The notes under the pieces: model-generated
Database searches by the model: none
What the model was told of the DNA's origin: nothing
Seen by the model: only the letters and a program-made list of their open reading frames with translations
Shown: one piece after another, positions 50,560-64,000 of the stretch
Numbering within the stretch: the stretch's first letter is position 1
Layout of the letters: the number at the start of each line of letters is the position of its first letter
Made by a program: the position numbers and the translations under genes
Source of the DNA: Camelus ferus
Lineage: Eukaryota
Direction: 5' to 3'
DNA: 64,000 bases
Assembly (NCBI RefSeq): GCF_009834535.1
Contig: NC_045697.1
Location: forward strand, 83,206,001-83,270,000

Positions 50560-52600
50560 ATAGCTGCATCTGTGGTATCCTTAGTGTCACCACTAGGCAC
50601 GGGTCTCATGCTGCCAGGTCCCAGAGGATGACAATGGACTACCATAAACTCACTGAGGCGGTCCCAGTTGCAGTGCTGTGCCAGATGAGCTCTCCTTGCT
50701 AGAATAGATAACAATGTTTCAGATATGTGGCCACTGATCTGGAGAACATACTGGTTTCTGTCCCTACAGAGAAGAGGATCAGAAACAGCTGCAACTTGCT
50801 TGAAGCATGAGTATATTTTACATTCTTACCCCAAGACAATGTCAACTCTTCCACCCTTTGCCATCATATAGTTCAAAGAGACCTGGTACAGCCAGATACA
50901 CTACAAAATTTCACTTCAGCCCATGATATTATGAATATCATATACATAATTAAACCAGTTAGGCAAGAAACAAGTATATTGGGAGCTTTGGTAAAACACA
51001 CGTGATCCAAAGAATGGAAGATAAACCCTGTGAAGATTCAGGTTTCTGCCTCTTCAATAAAATGTTTAGAGGTCAGAAACCTGCCAAACATCCACTATGA
51101 AATAAAAGGCAAATGGTTGCATCTTGGGATCCAAAGAAGGATGCCCAACACCTGAACACCTGATCAGCCTCTTTAGGATCTGAAGGCTATATATTCCACA
51201 CTTGGGAATAATGCGTTATGCCTAATCACATGGAATGCTGCCAGATTCGAGGGGCCCCTAGAGTAAGAAAGGGATCTGCCACGGATCAAGACTATAGTAC
51301 AAGACCTATCCCTTGACTCATTCTCTTGGCATCTTACGATGTTGGAGGTGTCAATGGTGAAAAAAAGACGGAAAGGTGAAGTTCATGGGAGAATCATAAT
51401 CAGGCCCTAGAGAGCAAAACTATGCCACTTTCAAGAGAATTATATACCTTTTTTTAAAAACCGCTCTTGGTGTGCCACTGGACTCTGATAGAATACTGAC
51501 CATTGGCCACCATGTGACGTTGCATGTGAATTGTCCAATATGAGCTGGGTTCTGACAGTCATAAATTTAGAGAAGTCCAGGAGCAATTCATTGTAAATTG
51601 GAAATGTTACATCCGTGACTCAGCCTGAGAAAGACAAGAGAGTAGGAGGAAGCTATGTTATCTCATGGGCCACTTAATCCGTCACAGTTGGACCAGCTCT
51701 GCTCCCTCGGGTCCCTCTTATGGCCTCATGAGTTGGGGTCCTTTATGACTAGCTGACAAAAGTAAAAAATCTGAGTTGGTTTTGTCAAAAGGTTTAGCTT
51801 TGGATATGTGTGCATTCTGAAAACGGGCTGCAGCTACACTACTGCCTGACCACTAGAGCGCTAAATAATACTGACTAGGAGTATTGATCTCACCACTGGG
51901 AAAAGCTCAGACACTACATTTGCTCATCTATTCCATGTGGAAAGAGAAGCATCTCAATGTTAGAATATATAAAGTGTATGAGCGATGATGAATGGCTTGA
52001 CTGGTTGATCCAGGACCCAGAAGTAGAAATATTTGAATATTGAATCTGGCAACAGAGTGGCCATGGTGGCCAGGATGGAGACTAGACATGGGTCTGTCAG
52101 TATAGTTTCTCATTTACCAAGGCTGATCTAGCTACCACTGATACCAACATGCCAGCAAAAGAGATCAAAACTGAGACACCAGTATGACACCAAGCCTGGC
52201 GAAGGCCAAAGAGCTGCATGGTAGAAAACTGAACACATCGGATCCCTTCAAACACAAAAGGGGCAGTTACTCATATTAACTGGAATCGACATATTTTTGC
52301 CTTTCCTACCTACAGGGCTTCAGCCAGCAGAGGGTATGCTCGACCTACCAACACTAAGACATTAATTGATGTAACACATAAATCAGGAAACCAAGAGGGT
52401 GGGAGTGGTCCCATTTACCACACTCATCTAAACGACTGATTTTAGAGAGTTTGTATTTCCATTTACTGTGAATCTTGGTCCTGCAGGTTTAGAAGTCTTG
52501 GATCGCAGAAGGGGGAGATGACACCAGATGACACAGTAAATATATCATTAAATTTTAAACTAGAGCTACCACCCAGTTGCCATCATGAAAGGGATAATTA
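50560..52600 (+). mobile_element. ERVL internal region (degraded pol: RT to integrase)
   Basis: atggactaccataaactc (MDYHKL, cf. ERVL RT VDYRKL), ttaggatctgaaggctatatattccacacttggga (cf. LGFWRQHIPHLG), agtggccatggtggccaggatgga, ttaactggaatcgacat (LTGIDT-like). Confidence 0.8.
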
Positions 52601-52639
52601 GCCCGAAGACAAATCTCCTTGTCAGAGTTGGTTTTTTTA

Positions 52640-52960
52640 GGGCAATTGACCAGCTACAATCCCCTTCTCAGGGAAGCTTTCCTGACTACTGTATTTAAAA
52701 TGATACCTCCAACACTTCCCAGTCCTTCTCCCTGCTTAATTTTTCCCTGTGGCCCAATAGCTAACCAAGCTACTTATTATATATAGTTACAATGTTTATT
52801 AAAACATGTGGGTAGGGAGTGTTATCCATTATTTCATTCCTGCATCCCAAGGTTTCTTTCTCATTTAGCAATTGCCATGATAGTGCTGCATGACAAACTA
52901 ACTCAAAACTCAGTGACTTCAAATAATCATTTTATCTCGTATGGTTATGCAGGTCAGCAC
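52640..52960. mobile_element. L2 3' fragment followed by MLT2-like LTR end
   Basis: ccttctcagggaagctttcctgactact...; gctgcatgacaaactaactcaaaactcagtgacttcaaa. Confidence 0.55.
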
Positions 52961-55900
52961 AATGAGTCTATTTCATGCTACATGTCTGCGTGCACAGGGG
53001 CCCTTATTAGATATTTCATCACTCAGAGACTTTTGATTTGTTAATATCTAGTAACACTCTTCAAATATGTTATCTCCTCTGTAATTTTTCTCTCTTCTTT
53101 AATATATACTTTATAAAAATTATACTATTTTCATAATCTTACCAAACTGATGTATCTAGTTTTAATATTTAACCAAAAAAAGTTCTACCTTTGATCATAA
53201 CTAAAATGTAGAATCTGAAATGTCATATGCCCAGAAATTTCTTCTTGTTCTACTACTCACCAAATAAGCTGCCTGGATTTTGAGTACATAAAGATCACAA
53301 GACATCACTGTCAACTATATTATACCTGTGGTCCGTATATTGTGATTTTAGGAAACTGCTTCTGAAAGAAAATTTTAAGAATGCTTTTTTTTGCTTTATC
53401 TCAATGAATAAAGATTTCACTTATGAACATTTTCATATGCTTATATGCAAAGAGAATCTTTCTTTGATGTTTTACTTTTGAAAGCACAGAAGACATGCTT
53501 TGCCTCAGGCATTTCATTCCCATTACAAGATTTATAGAAACAGACAATACATTGTATTACTTCTAAAGAGTTCTTGTAAAGAACTACATGGTAAGCCTGC
53601 TCCTGTCTACCAAATTCTGATGTAGAAAAACACTTTTTAAAATATCCATTATTAGAAAATTAATGTGAAAGACTTGTGGACTAGTGGACTTATTTTAATG
53701 AGATATGTTAAAATTGGGGAATATCTTGATCACTGAACAAAGGATATAGTGAAAAATATTTATAAAAATAATATGCCTTTAAAAAGCTGATTTGACTCTT
53801 TAATAAAAGGAATGGAATTTAAGTCAATTAACACACTTATATCCATATGTACCACATTCATACACATGTAGATATCTACCCACACACATCAATACACATG
53901 CATATACATGTTCTATATGGATTATACTTTGCAAATATAGGAAAATGTCTTACTTTTCAAGGCTAATTTAATATCATCATGAAATTGATTTTCATTATCC
54001 ATAAGTTTGTATAAAATCATTCTGTGTCATTTTAATTAAAAAATAAGCATTACTTGAATTTTATTCTAAAAATAACATACTTTTGATCCTTTGTTGCTTA
54101 TTAAACTTTGTGACTTTCTAACTTCAACTAGAATTATATTATTCTTTTTTTATCATTCAATCTTCAGAAGACTTAATAATATTATAAAAGTATAAATACA
54201 TATTATAACAAACATAGATAATTCTTTTCCAGAAGGTTGTATTATACATTAAGAAAAAAAAAAGGGGGAAGTACCCACATATGATGAAAATAAAACAGAG
54301 AGAAGCAATAATGGAAACTAACAAGGAACAGTATCTGTGGAATCAGGAAATAATACGTCATGCATGTGCAGGAAGACTTTGATCTGATAGTATCAAAAAT
54401 ATTTAGGGAAGTATCAACAAACAAACAAATATTTAAGAAAATTTGAGGAAAAAAAATGAAGGCAGTAAAGAAAGTCACTCTGGAAAATAACATCTTTTTT
54501 ATTAATACAAGGCATTTAGCATTTACACTGATAATGAGAAGAAAAAATATCTTAGAGATATATCTGAGAGAAAAGGAGAGAGAAATGGGGTAGGGGAGAG
54601 AGAGATTTGTTCTTTTTAATTCTAGAAATTACTCTTTGCCTCACTAATGGATGACACGGGCACATGTCCATAGATGTTCAAGCAAAATCTCACACCATTT
54701 ACTTTTCTAGTGTATAAAAACAACTCATTGACTAAAAAATCTTTAATACAGCAGAGAGACATTAGAACTCTTGTTATAAAAATTAGAAACTTTCCGCAAA
54801 ATCCAAGACTCTAATAGCCCTAGAGTCAATACCAACTTAATAGCTGAATAAAATGTGTTGTATTTGTAATTATGTCATTATCTTATGTAACTATGTATAC
54901 ACACATACACACACAACCACTCATATATGCATTCACAACAATACACATTATTCACAAAAGCAAGGAAGAAATTCTAATCCTATTGTTATTAGCTTACATT
55001 TGTTTCAAGTAAAAATGTTAAACACCTAGCTAGTTAAAATTCTCTGTTATTACATTTTTTCTAACCATTTTGTAAATATCTACTTGTTCGATAGCATGAG
55101 GTCAGGTTTTAAAAGTACATGTATATTCATAACTATAATTTTATTTTCATGATAAAAAACCTTTTTATATGAAATTAATTTTTTTTAATTTTGCAAGAAC
55201 ATTCATGCAAAATCAGTATCTTGATATTTATATAAATTTTCCTCATTGTTTTTTGCTTTCACATAACTACAAATATTAATCTTTTCACACACATACGCGT
55301 ATGTAATATATTTTATGTAGTCATTAAAATTAACAGATTCTTTAAGCATATTTATTATACACAATGAGAATAAAATTTTATTGTGTCTGTCTATAAAGCT
55401 CCAAAGTGTTTGAAAAGAAGCATCGTATTTTTAGCTAGTGATGGAAAAATTTCCAGATGGTAAAAATGTGGATGATAAAAATAGGCAAATTGAAATTAGA
55501 ACTGTGATGGATTAATTTCCTTTTGGTTATCCTTATGTTGTTTATATTCATGCCAAGTACATGAGCCAATAGTCTCGAAAAACACAGCCAGTTAAGAAAA
55601 GAAAATGAAAGGAAAGTTTCTAAAGTAGTTATCAATAACATTTGCAGTTTGAAAATCAAAATAACTATCCACACACACATAAACTCTTGGTTCTCTTGTC
55701 AAGTTTAGCTTTTCAAAATGTACGCCTTAAATTTCAAAAGCTCTTCCTTCCATATGCTCTTGGAGGTAAGTGCATACTGGAGGACTACTAGAAATAAGGT
55801 CTGCAAAAGGTGGCCGCTTAGCTTTCCATTGAAAACCAGTTTCCCTACATTGTCATCTGAACAAGCAATCAAACCATTCCCAATTAAAATGGGCTTACTG

Positions 55901-56344
55901 TTTTTCCTTGAAAAGTAAAAATCAACTTATCAAACACCAACGAAACAAAGTAGGCAGAAATCAAGAAAAATAAAATTCTCCCAAAGTGGAGGTTAATTTT
56001 CCAATTGTCTCCTCTTCATATCTAAAATTATTTTCTATCAATGATTGGTAAGTTTTTACTGACAATGTTCACTGGCACTGTTCTTGGCTTTAAAAAGCAA
56101 CAGTGAAAGCTGAATTTTAATCCCCCAAACTCCCACAAGGAGCGTCTTTTTTGGCAGTTATTTAGCTAAAGACCCCCTGTGGAAGAATCTTGGCATGTGT
56201 TGGAACCATTTTCCCTGTAGGAAAATAGCACCAACTATCACACTGGCTATTCATGCAGTGAAGCATAGATCAATGGAAATGCCACTGAATGGGTATTTCC
56301 TAGTTTTATGCATTTTGGCTTCTAAAAATCTCTTGAAATAATTC

Positions 56345-57989
56345 AGTATTTGTTATTGACAACTAACTATTCCATTTCAATATTTCAGTAACATGTTTCA
56401 AAATACCCACATATATACCAAGACTCAGGGTTCTGTGGCTAAATACCTCAGAAAAATGCTGGAATGAACACTCTAAATCCTTGTCTTTGGCATAGGCATC
56501 CTCAGACATATTAACATGCTAATGAGCACCATTGGTCTCCAGGAGGGCTCCACTGCTTGTGGCTGTTCCAATATATATTCTTAGCTCCTCTGCTAGAGTC
56601 CTCTTGTCCCTCGATTCCTAGGTGACATTGCCTCAAATGTGAACTCTCATTCTTTGGATTCTGAAAGTCTAACGCCACTATCAAAATTTCACACACTCCT
56701 TAAGGATCTGAGAAAGGGTAGAGAAAAGACATATTTTGGAGCCCCTATGCTTATTTAATTTTGTGAACTCCTTAAGAAAACATACCATAAAAGTACTAAT
56801 ATATAATAAGGCATAAAAGTTCACACTTGAGAGGAAAGAAGAAATCACAGCCAACTTGCACATTTTGAAAGCTGATAAATTCCACAAACATCATCACAAT
56901 GTCCATAAAAGTAATATTTTTATTAAATGTCTGAAATACTTTTATTATATTTTTTCCTACAATTGTTATCTATACACTCTGTTTCTTCATATGACAACAA
57001 TTTTGTAATAACTTTTCTGTGGGGAAAAGAAACAAGTCTCCTTGCGTAGGTGATGAAAATTTGCTTTTTCTATTTGAAAGTTTAGGAGTTACTTTCAATA
57101 TAACAAATTGATCCTGATGATATCTTACAAGTTTTTAGGACAGTTGTCAAATTTGCAGAATTTTCTATCAAATTTCTTTCTTATATGAACTGTAATATTT
57201 TACCGTTTCAATTTTTCTTCTGTACTGACCAGTATTAACTATTCCTTGAATGGATGATGCCTATTCACCACTTTGTCTCCAATGTCTGCTAAAGTGACAT
57301 ATTATGGTTATGTGTGTTACCTTTAATGATATCAGTAGTTTGTGTTAATTTACTATTTTAATGTGTTCAGTATAATCCATGTACTCTATCTCAAACCACC
57401 CATTTCGGTTAGTATTTAGGTTTATTCAGCTTCTCAACTTTGCCATCTAGTATGTAACAAACAGAGTGCTTTGTATGTGAATGTATAAATGCAAGTAGTT
57501 TTTACTGCAACATTTAGGAAAAGAACTTTAGAGAATTAAGAAGGGAGAAAATGCTTTCTGCCACAGCAATAGAGGCCAATGCTACTTGAGATTACAAATT
57601 GAGGCTGAAGACTGCACTGATGAGATGTCACACTGAGAAGAGAGTATCAATGTTACTATTCTCTGTCCCTAAACACAGAATAGTGTTAAAATTTAAACTT
57701 TAACTATTCTCCTTTGTTTCCTGCAGTCATAACAAATGTATTTGTAATTTATTTGCATAATAAGTGACTTTTCCCCAAGACCTTGAAGTTTTAATAGTTA
57801 CTATTAGAACCAGTAGAACATAATCTTTAATATCAATTGCTCTTGCTTATTTATTGGTTATCTTATGTAACAAAGTCCAAATTGGAATCTCTGACTGATG
57901 AGGATAGTATTTGTTATTGACAACTATTCTATTTCAATATTTCCAAAACATGTTTCAAAAATACCTACATATATACCAAGACTCAGGGT
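56345..57989 (+). repeat. ~85-bp imperfect direct repeat pair (56345-56431 and 57906-57989)
   Basis: agtatttgttattgacaacta...acatatataccaagactcagggt occurs twice, ~1.56 kb apart. Confidence 0.9.
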
Positions 57990-58589
57990 ATTGGCTGCTT
58001 TTTTATTTTTAATAAGTGAATCTTAATTTGATTTGCCTAATTTCCTTTTGTATATAAAGGGTGGGTGGCAAGAAGGTGGTTTTGCTGGATTCCTTATATT
58101 AAAGAAATGTATGTAACAGTGTTTTCCATTCACATAGATTTTACTTTGTTAACGTGGTCCTGTAATTTTTAGTTGATAGTTTAGAATCTTTTCATTGACA
58201 CAATGCATGTGTTCATTTACTTTTGACAAAAAAAAGATTGGTCCTATATTTCCCTTTTTGATATTTTGTCAGGTTTTCCCTTTTTAATGTTTTGTCAGGC
58301 TTTTATATTAGAGTCTAAAAATTTCCATAAAAGTAAATTGGAAACTTTATTTTTGAAATATCATGGGATTATTTAGACATTATAGCACAGACAGAACTTT
58401 GGGCCTCGATTTTAGTTTTGTTCTGTTGAGGGGGAGGAGGTGATCTTAAATCTTTAATGAGTCTGATTCTTGTAGATTCTTGTGTTGAGTTCATCTCTTT
58501 TGACGTTAATTTGATTAAACTGTATTTTCTTTGAAAGCTATTCCTTTCATTCAGGTTTCAAGTTTCAATAGAAATGAGCAAATTATTCA

Positions 58590-59040
58590 TGTTAGCTAGT
58601 AGTCAGGAGAACAGAAACCACTCTAGGTATTCAAATAGAGGACATTTAATATAGGGAATTGGTTTTATAAGTGATGGAAAAGCTGAATGGCTAAACAGAA
58701 GACAGTAAGGAACCCCAAAGAAAGCGGTAGCAGGAAGCTGCTACCCTAGAGGGACAGAGGAAACAGGTACTGTCACCAGAGCCCACAAACCAGGGCTGTA
58801 AAGTGAGAACAAGAAACCAGCAGGAGAGGCCTGGGGGAAGCAAAGACCATGACAGGGAGGGACTGCTCAGTGAGCGTTAGAATCACAGAGAAGATGTGGA
58901 TGCCTTCTAAAGCACTGTCTGAATGCGGTAGTCAGAAATATCCTGGATTTTCCATTGGGAAAGACCACCAGGGAGCTAGAAAAACATCATTCCCACTGGT
59001 ACAGAGCAGAACTAGAAAATTTAGGGAATGGATCTAAGTG
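58590..59040 (-). mobile_element. ERVL-class LTR inserted in an old L1 fragment
   Basis: agtcaggagaacagaaaccactctaggtattcaaatagaggacatttaatatagggaattggtt is a typical antisense ERVL-LTR 3' end. Flanks resemble antisense L1M. Confidence 0.6.
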
Positions 59041-59254
59041 CAATCTGGAGATGAAGTTTTAGTTTTCTTTTATATCTCCTCACTATCTTGATTTGTATAT
59101 AAATGCACATAGATTACACTTTATATCATGTTTAGAATAGCTAACTGATGATCTATTTTATTATTTTTTTTCAAAGACCCAGGCAGTGTCCGTTTCTAGT
59201 AATATGGCTTATTAGATCTTGAAAAAACTTACTGCTTCAAAATTTTTGGACACT

Positions 59255-59725
59255 AAAAGTGATTGCATTCTGTGCACAGCTGCCAGTAGAGCCTCAGCCA
59301 GCACCTCTCTCCAAAAGCACAGTGTCTGATCCATAGACAGGACCCCATATAATCCTGCATAGGAACAAGGCACTCATTGTAGAGCAAAGGAGGTGTGACA
59401 GTGGGCACATTCCCACTGGATTCACTGCCTTCATCACATATCATACTGCTCAGGAGCTGCCAGCCTGATAGAGCCATTGAAAGGCTTTTTGAAGGTACAA
59501 TCGAGGCATCGGCTTGGGAGTGAGAACTTGAGAGGTTGTGGTCCATCCACATGACACAGAATACACCCTATATCAACAAGCATTATATGGGGCTGTGTCC
59601 CTAACAGGTATAAAATGTGAAACTGGAAACCATGGGTTAAACATAGACAGTTCCCTCTTATTATAAATTCATATTGCCTCCCTTGGGGAATTTGTTCTTC
59701 CTATCCCCTCAACTTTAGTCTCTGT
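59255..59725 (+). mobile_element. ERVL internal fragment (integrase region)
   Basis: gaacaaggcactcattgtagagcaaaggaggtgtgacagtgggcacat and gctgccagcctgatagagc resemble DQGTHF.AKEV.QWAH...AAGLIER. Confidence 0.75.
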
Positions 59726-60949
59726 ACATGGTATGCACCATATTAGTGTTCATTGTTATTTTTATTTTAATAGCAAATTATTATTTGATATCGTATGAAT
59801 ATCATATGATATTCAGATGAGTTGCCTTTCACCCTAGCCAAGAAAGTGCTTTTGAACAAAAGTCCCAAATTAAAAACCTATAATATGACAAAATTAAAAA
59901 CATGTAATAATCAAAAGCATGATAAAATATGAATACATGTTTTTTATAGTTACCAACAAGTGCTCACAATTACCCATTTTTCACTTCCTGTTTTGTCTTG
60001 ACCAAATTGTGTGTGCGTCTCCTTAACTATGAATTTCTAGCCCTAATCTCTTAAAAAAAATCCCTTAAAAACCTCTTGAAGGTTTTATTTTCTTACTTTA
60101 ATTTTTCTTACAATTCCAGCTGACAAATTGATACTCTTACTAACTTAGACACATTTTGTTTGTGAATTATGATTTATTACAGAATTCGTCATGGCCACTT
60201 GGCAAGCTGTTGTGGTGAGGAGATAGGAGACAAGCACTCTGAGTAGCCTAAAGTATCTTCAGGAGGTGAAGACAATAGACATCCTGGAAGAGACTGCGTA
60301 GGTCAGTTAATGTTATCTACCTCAGCTAGGGAATATGAGAAGCTCCAAACGTATAAATTGAATGAGGAGACACATTTTCAAGAACACGACATCTTAAAAA
60401 TAGAATCTTGAGAAAAACACACCTACGGTGGAAATGAACAAATAAACTGTCACATAAGAATTATCTTTATCAATGCTGGTTATTGCAGCAAAGAATTTTA
60501 TTCAAAATAGAAAGCATGTGGGAGGTTATAATGAAGTATATTTCACTAAATCTTAAGGCTGTGTAGAGTTTACGAAAATTACAGCAATTGCCTAATATAA
60601 AAAAGAAAGAAGAGGAGGAGGGGGAGAGGAAGAGGAGGAATAAAACAAGCAGCAGCTGCAACTCTTTCTTTCAAAGGACCACTGGCAAACATCAATGCCA
60701 ATGTAAAGATAATACCCATTGCTTAAATCTGGACCCAAGAGAACTTTCAGACATAAAGCAGATCTATATTTTAAATAAAAAATATATTCCCAATTCAGGT
60801 GTGCTGTTGATTGACGTGAAAAGAATTCACTGACCCTTAGGAAACAGGAATTAAAAAAAAAATCTAAATGGTCCTTTAGTAAGCTTACAATTATACTAGG
60901 ACTGCTATCTAGATAACTTCTTTAATATGTTTAGCATGTTAAATAAGAT

Positions 60950-61365
60950 ATATTACCTGCCCCAAATCCATAACCCTAGATTAACCACAAGAAAATATCA
61001 AACAAAAGTTCTAAAAAATACCTGACTCTTTATAATTGTCAAGGTCATGAGAAACAAGCAAAACAGAGAAATGATCATGGACTGGAGGAGAAAAAGGAGA
61101 CGTCAGGATTAAATGCAATGGAATATCCTGGATTGGATGTTAGAACAGAAAAACGACAACTAATGGAAAAACTGGAAAAATCTAAATAAAGTCTATAGTT
61201 TAGTTAATTGTATTGGAGTCATGTTAATTTCTTAGTTTTGACAAATGGTTATGTAAAATATTATCATTTGGTAGAAGCGAGGTGAAGGGTATACAGAAAC
61301 TCTCTATACCATCCTTGCAACTTTTCTACAGATCTGAAATTATTCCAAAATAAAAGTTTGTTAAA
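60950..61365 (+). mobile_element. L1MC/MD 3' end
   Basis: taaatgcaatggaatatcctggattggat...aataaagtctatagtttagttaat...gcaacttttctacagatctgaaattattccaaaataaaag. Confidence 0.85.
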
Positions 61366-61699
61366 CATATATTATACAATATAAATTTAGTGGTTTTCTT
61401 TGTAACATATTTCTATGTACCCTTTATCTTTCAGGACTAGGTATTCTGTACTGCTTTAATGATTAAAAGACATTTTATTCACTATGTTTCCACAATTAAC
61501 ATTACTATAAAAGCTACAAAGATAAAGACATAACTCACATATAAACACATATCACATCTACTAGATTTCAAAAATAAATAGCATTTGTAGATTTGATTAT
61601 CTGAAGCTCATCTGGTATTTTAATAAAACTGATATCCCTATAATAAAAATGTTACAAACATTTTTGAGTTTATAAATTTTATTTTATAATTATTATTAT

Positions 61700-62100
61700 T
61701 AGCCAACATTAATGAATAACATTACATGTCTGGCATTATTCTAAGCACTGTATTCATTGATTTAATTAACAGTTATTTAATGAGTTCTTACAATGTGGCT
61801 GACACTGTTCTAAGCACTCGAGACACCAATAAGCAAAAAAGATAGCCTCCGTTACAGAACTTACAAGTGGAATAGATAGACAATAAATAGACATGCAACA
61901 AGTTTACGTCAGGCAATGGTAAGTACGATCAGGAAAAGTGAATCATTGAGGAGGAGAGCTATTTTAGACATATCAGCTTTTCAATTGTGGTGACATCTGA
62001 ACAGAAGTCTGAGTGAAATGATGTAAAGACAGGACATTTAAGGAAAGATATGCTGAGCAGAGAAATTTAGACAAAATAAAAAGCAAGAGCTTTGAGAAAG
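61700..62100 (-). mobile_element. L2 (with MIR-like start) fragment
   Basis: atttaatgagttcttacaatgtggctgacactgttctaagcact...gtggtgacatctgaacagaagtctgagtga. Confidence 0.7.
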
Positions 62101-62979
62101 GCATAAAAACAGCATCCATCATGATCTATAGGTGGTAAATAAACTGTTTAAACATAATAGAGTTATATCAGTTCATACTAAAATAACGATGGAAAATGTT
62201 TGCAAGTACCTACAGGGAGTAAGACAATTATTAAGGAAGAGAGGATAGAGAGGTTTCTTATTTCACAATAAGCTCTTCTGAACATTTAATCTTTACTATG
62301 CACATATATTACTTTGCTAAAGATTAAACTATTTTATCTAACCCCAAGACTTTGCACAGTACTCCATACAGCTCCATTATATAATTATCGTATTGGATTT
62401 ATGCTTAATGAGTATGGGGCTATGTTTATATCAGATACTGAACTTTAAAATAAGAATTGAAAATCTCTGCTACTATTTCACTAAGTTGGACTTAAAAGCT
62501 TTTCTGTCTGTTCTCTTTTTCCCAAGAGCAACATTTCAATCATGAATGCGCCTGCATCCATTTCCTACTTAGCCTCACCTTCTTCAGAAGTCTTAAATAA
62601 TTGCTAAATTTCTGAGTAAAATTCTCTCTGTTTTCATCAGAACTAACAAACACTAAAGGTAACTTCAATTCTCAAGCATACTGTCTGGCTAAGAGTTTAG
62701 GAGAAGTTCCTGAACATATTGTGAACATCTCAAAGTACATAATTTCTTTCTTCTGTGTCAGTACTTTACCAAAGTCTCTTAAGGAGTTCTGGGGGAGAAC
62801 AGACTGTAATCACTCATGGAAAATAAGAACAGGAAATATGATAATAAGTTCCAAATATATTTAGCATGATAAAACTTTGATGAGTTGCAAATGCACTATA
62901 TTCTATGTCGTTTTTTTTAAACAGTACTTCAGAGAAATTTGTCATTGGCATTCAAAATTAATGTTGCCATTAATAAATA

Positions 62980-63196
62980 CAATTGACCCTTGAGCAACGG
63001 GGAGGTTAGGGGTCCTGACCATTATGCAGTAGAAAAATAAGCATATAACTTTACAGTCAGCCCTCCATACGGTAGTTCTACATCCACAGATTCAACCAAC
63101 CACAGCATCGTGTATTAACCACAGTATGCACTATTGAAAAAAACCCACATATAAGCAGATCCTTGCAGTTCAAACACATTGGACAAGAATCAACAG
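62980..63196. mobile_element. MER8-like Tigger2 derivative
   Basis: ta|caattgacccttgagcaac ... ggacaagaatcaacag|ta: terminal inverted repeats with TA duplication. Confidence 0.85.
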
Positions 63197-64000
63197 TACT
63201 AAAATGTATAGCCTGTGCTTACTGTTTTAATTCTGTGTCTAAAGCATTATCAAACTGTAGCACAATGTTTAGGTATTATCTTTCTTAAAAAGTAGGAACA
63301 CATCTTACTCAGATGCTCTCAGATATTAATCGATAACAATGTACTTAGACATTTGATTTGATTTTTTTCAATACATAGTGTGTGTGGATAAGTTTATTTA
63401 AGAATAAGGGTAAATTTCAATAAAAAATGTTAAAAAAAAAAAAGAATAACGGTAAATTAAGTAAAATAACTTCACTAAAACAAAGACCAAAAGGTTGAAA
63501 AGATCTTCATTTAAAAATATTTCTTTACTCCTTAAAATATTTTTTTCATAATTACTCCCTTTTTTCTCTTTCTGGAAGCACGTAACTAACCCTGTGCATT
63601 GTACTCCCAGATGTTCATGATCAAATTGAATCTTTAATTTAGTTAAATCCACATTAGCTTTTGCCAATTTTTGTTAAAGTAAAAAAATCAAGTCACTGAA
63701 GGAAAAAATGATATTATCTCACGAGCTATCATTTTAGTAAATGTAGTGTTGTCACTTAGTCATATCAAAAAAAAAAGACCTTTACCTTTAGTCATTTGGT
63801 GCCTAATAAAGAATTGCATTTTATTTTTAACATTGGTGTTTATAAAAGTATGTTGACCTGTGTAAAAATCACTGGAGATTAGTATTTCTACTACAGATTA
63901 TTCTTTAATAATGTGAAATTTAAATATAAATGGATATAGCATGTAATCGGGGATAAAGCAATGTCACTTCTAGGAAACTCACATTCAAAGTCATGTGAAA

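Noticed and set aside
54290..54490. Protein-like plus-strand frame HVQEDFDLIVSKIFREV
   Set aside because: Contains stops, has no splice context and resembles an old L1 ORF1 start.
63398..63802. Minus-strand 89-aa ORF and 17-nt micro-exon of a neighbouring gene
   Set aside because: An in-frame stop lies between the acceptor and the ORF, the start is non-ATG, the tail is low-complexity and no family is recognisable.

Overview
AT-rich mammalian genomic DNA, probably camelid: it carries three tRNA-derived Vic-1-type SINEs and cetartiodactyl-type L1 3' ends. I see no intact protein-coding gene. The supplied ORFs are repeat-derived, low-complexity or pieces of a relic. Much of the window is interspersed repeats (L1, L2, MIR, MaLR/ERVL/ERV1 LTRs, Tigger1/MER82/MER8). 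The main observation is that hand translation of the minus strand between these repeats gives a collinear, same-strand series of degraded coding segments from about 47.6 kb down to base 1, several flanked by AG/GT splice signals. In order: C2H2-like zinc fingers plus a helical domain, two tandem CMC/EnSpm-type DDE transposase modules (A, ~38.7-29.5 kb; B, ~26.5-19.3 kb), then two tandem SAMD3-like domains (~18.8-11.3 kb; ~9.0 kb to past the left edge). This looks like a fossil of a large spliced transposase-derived composite gene, or a cluster of very old elements, disabled by stops, frameshifts and old repeat insertions. Family assignments come from recalled consensus motifs aligned by eye, not from database searches. 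Repeat subfamily names and boundaries are approximate.
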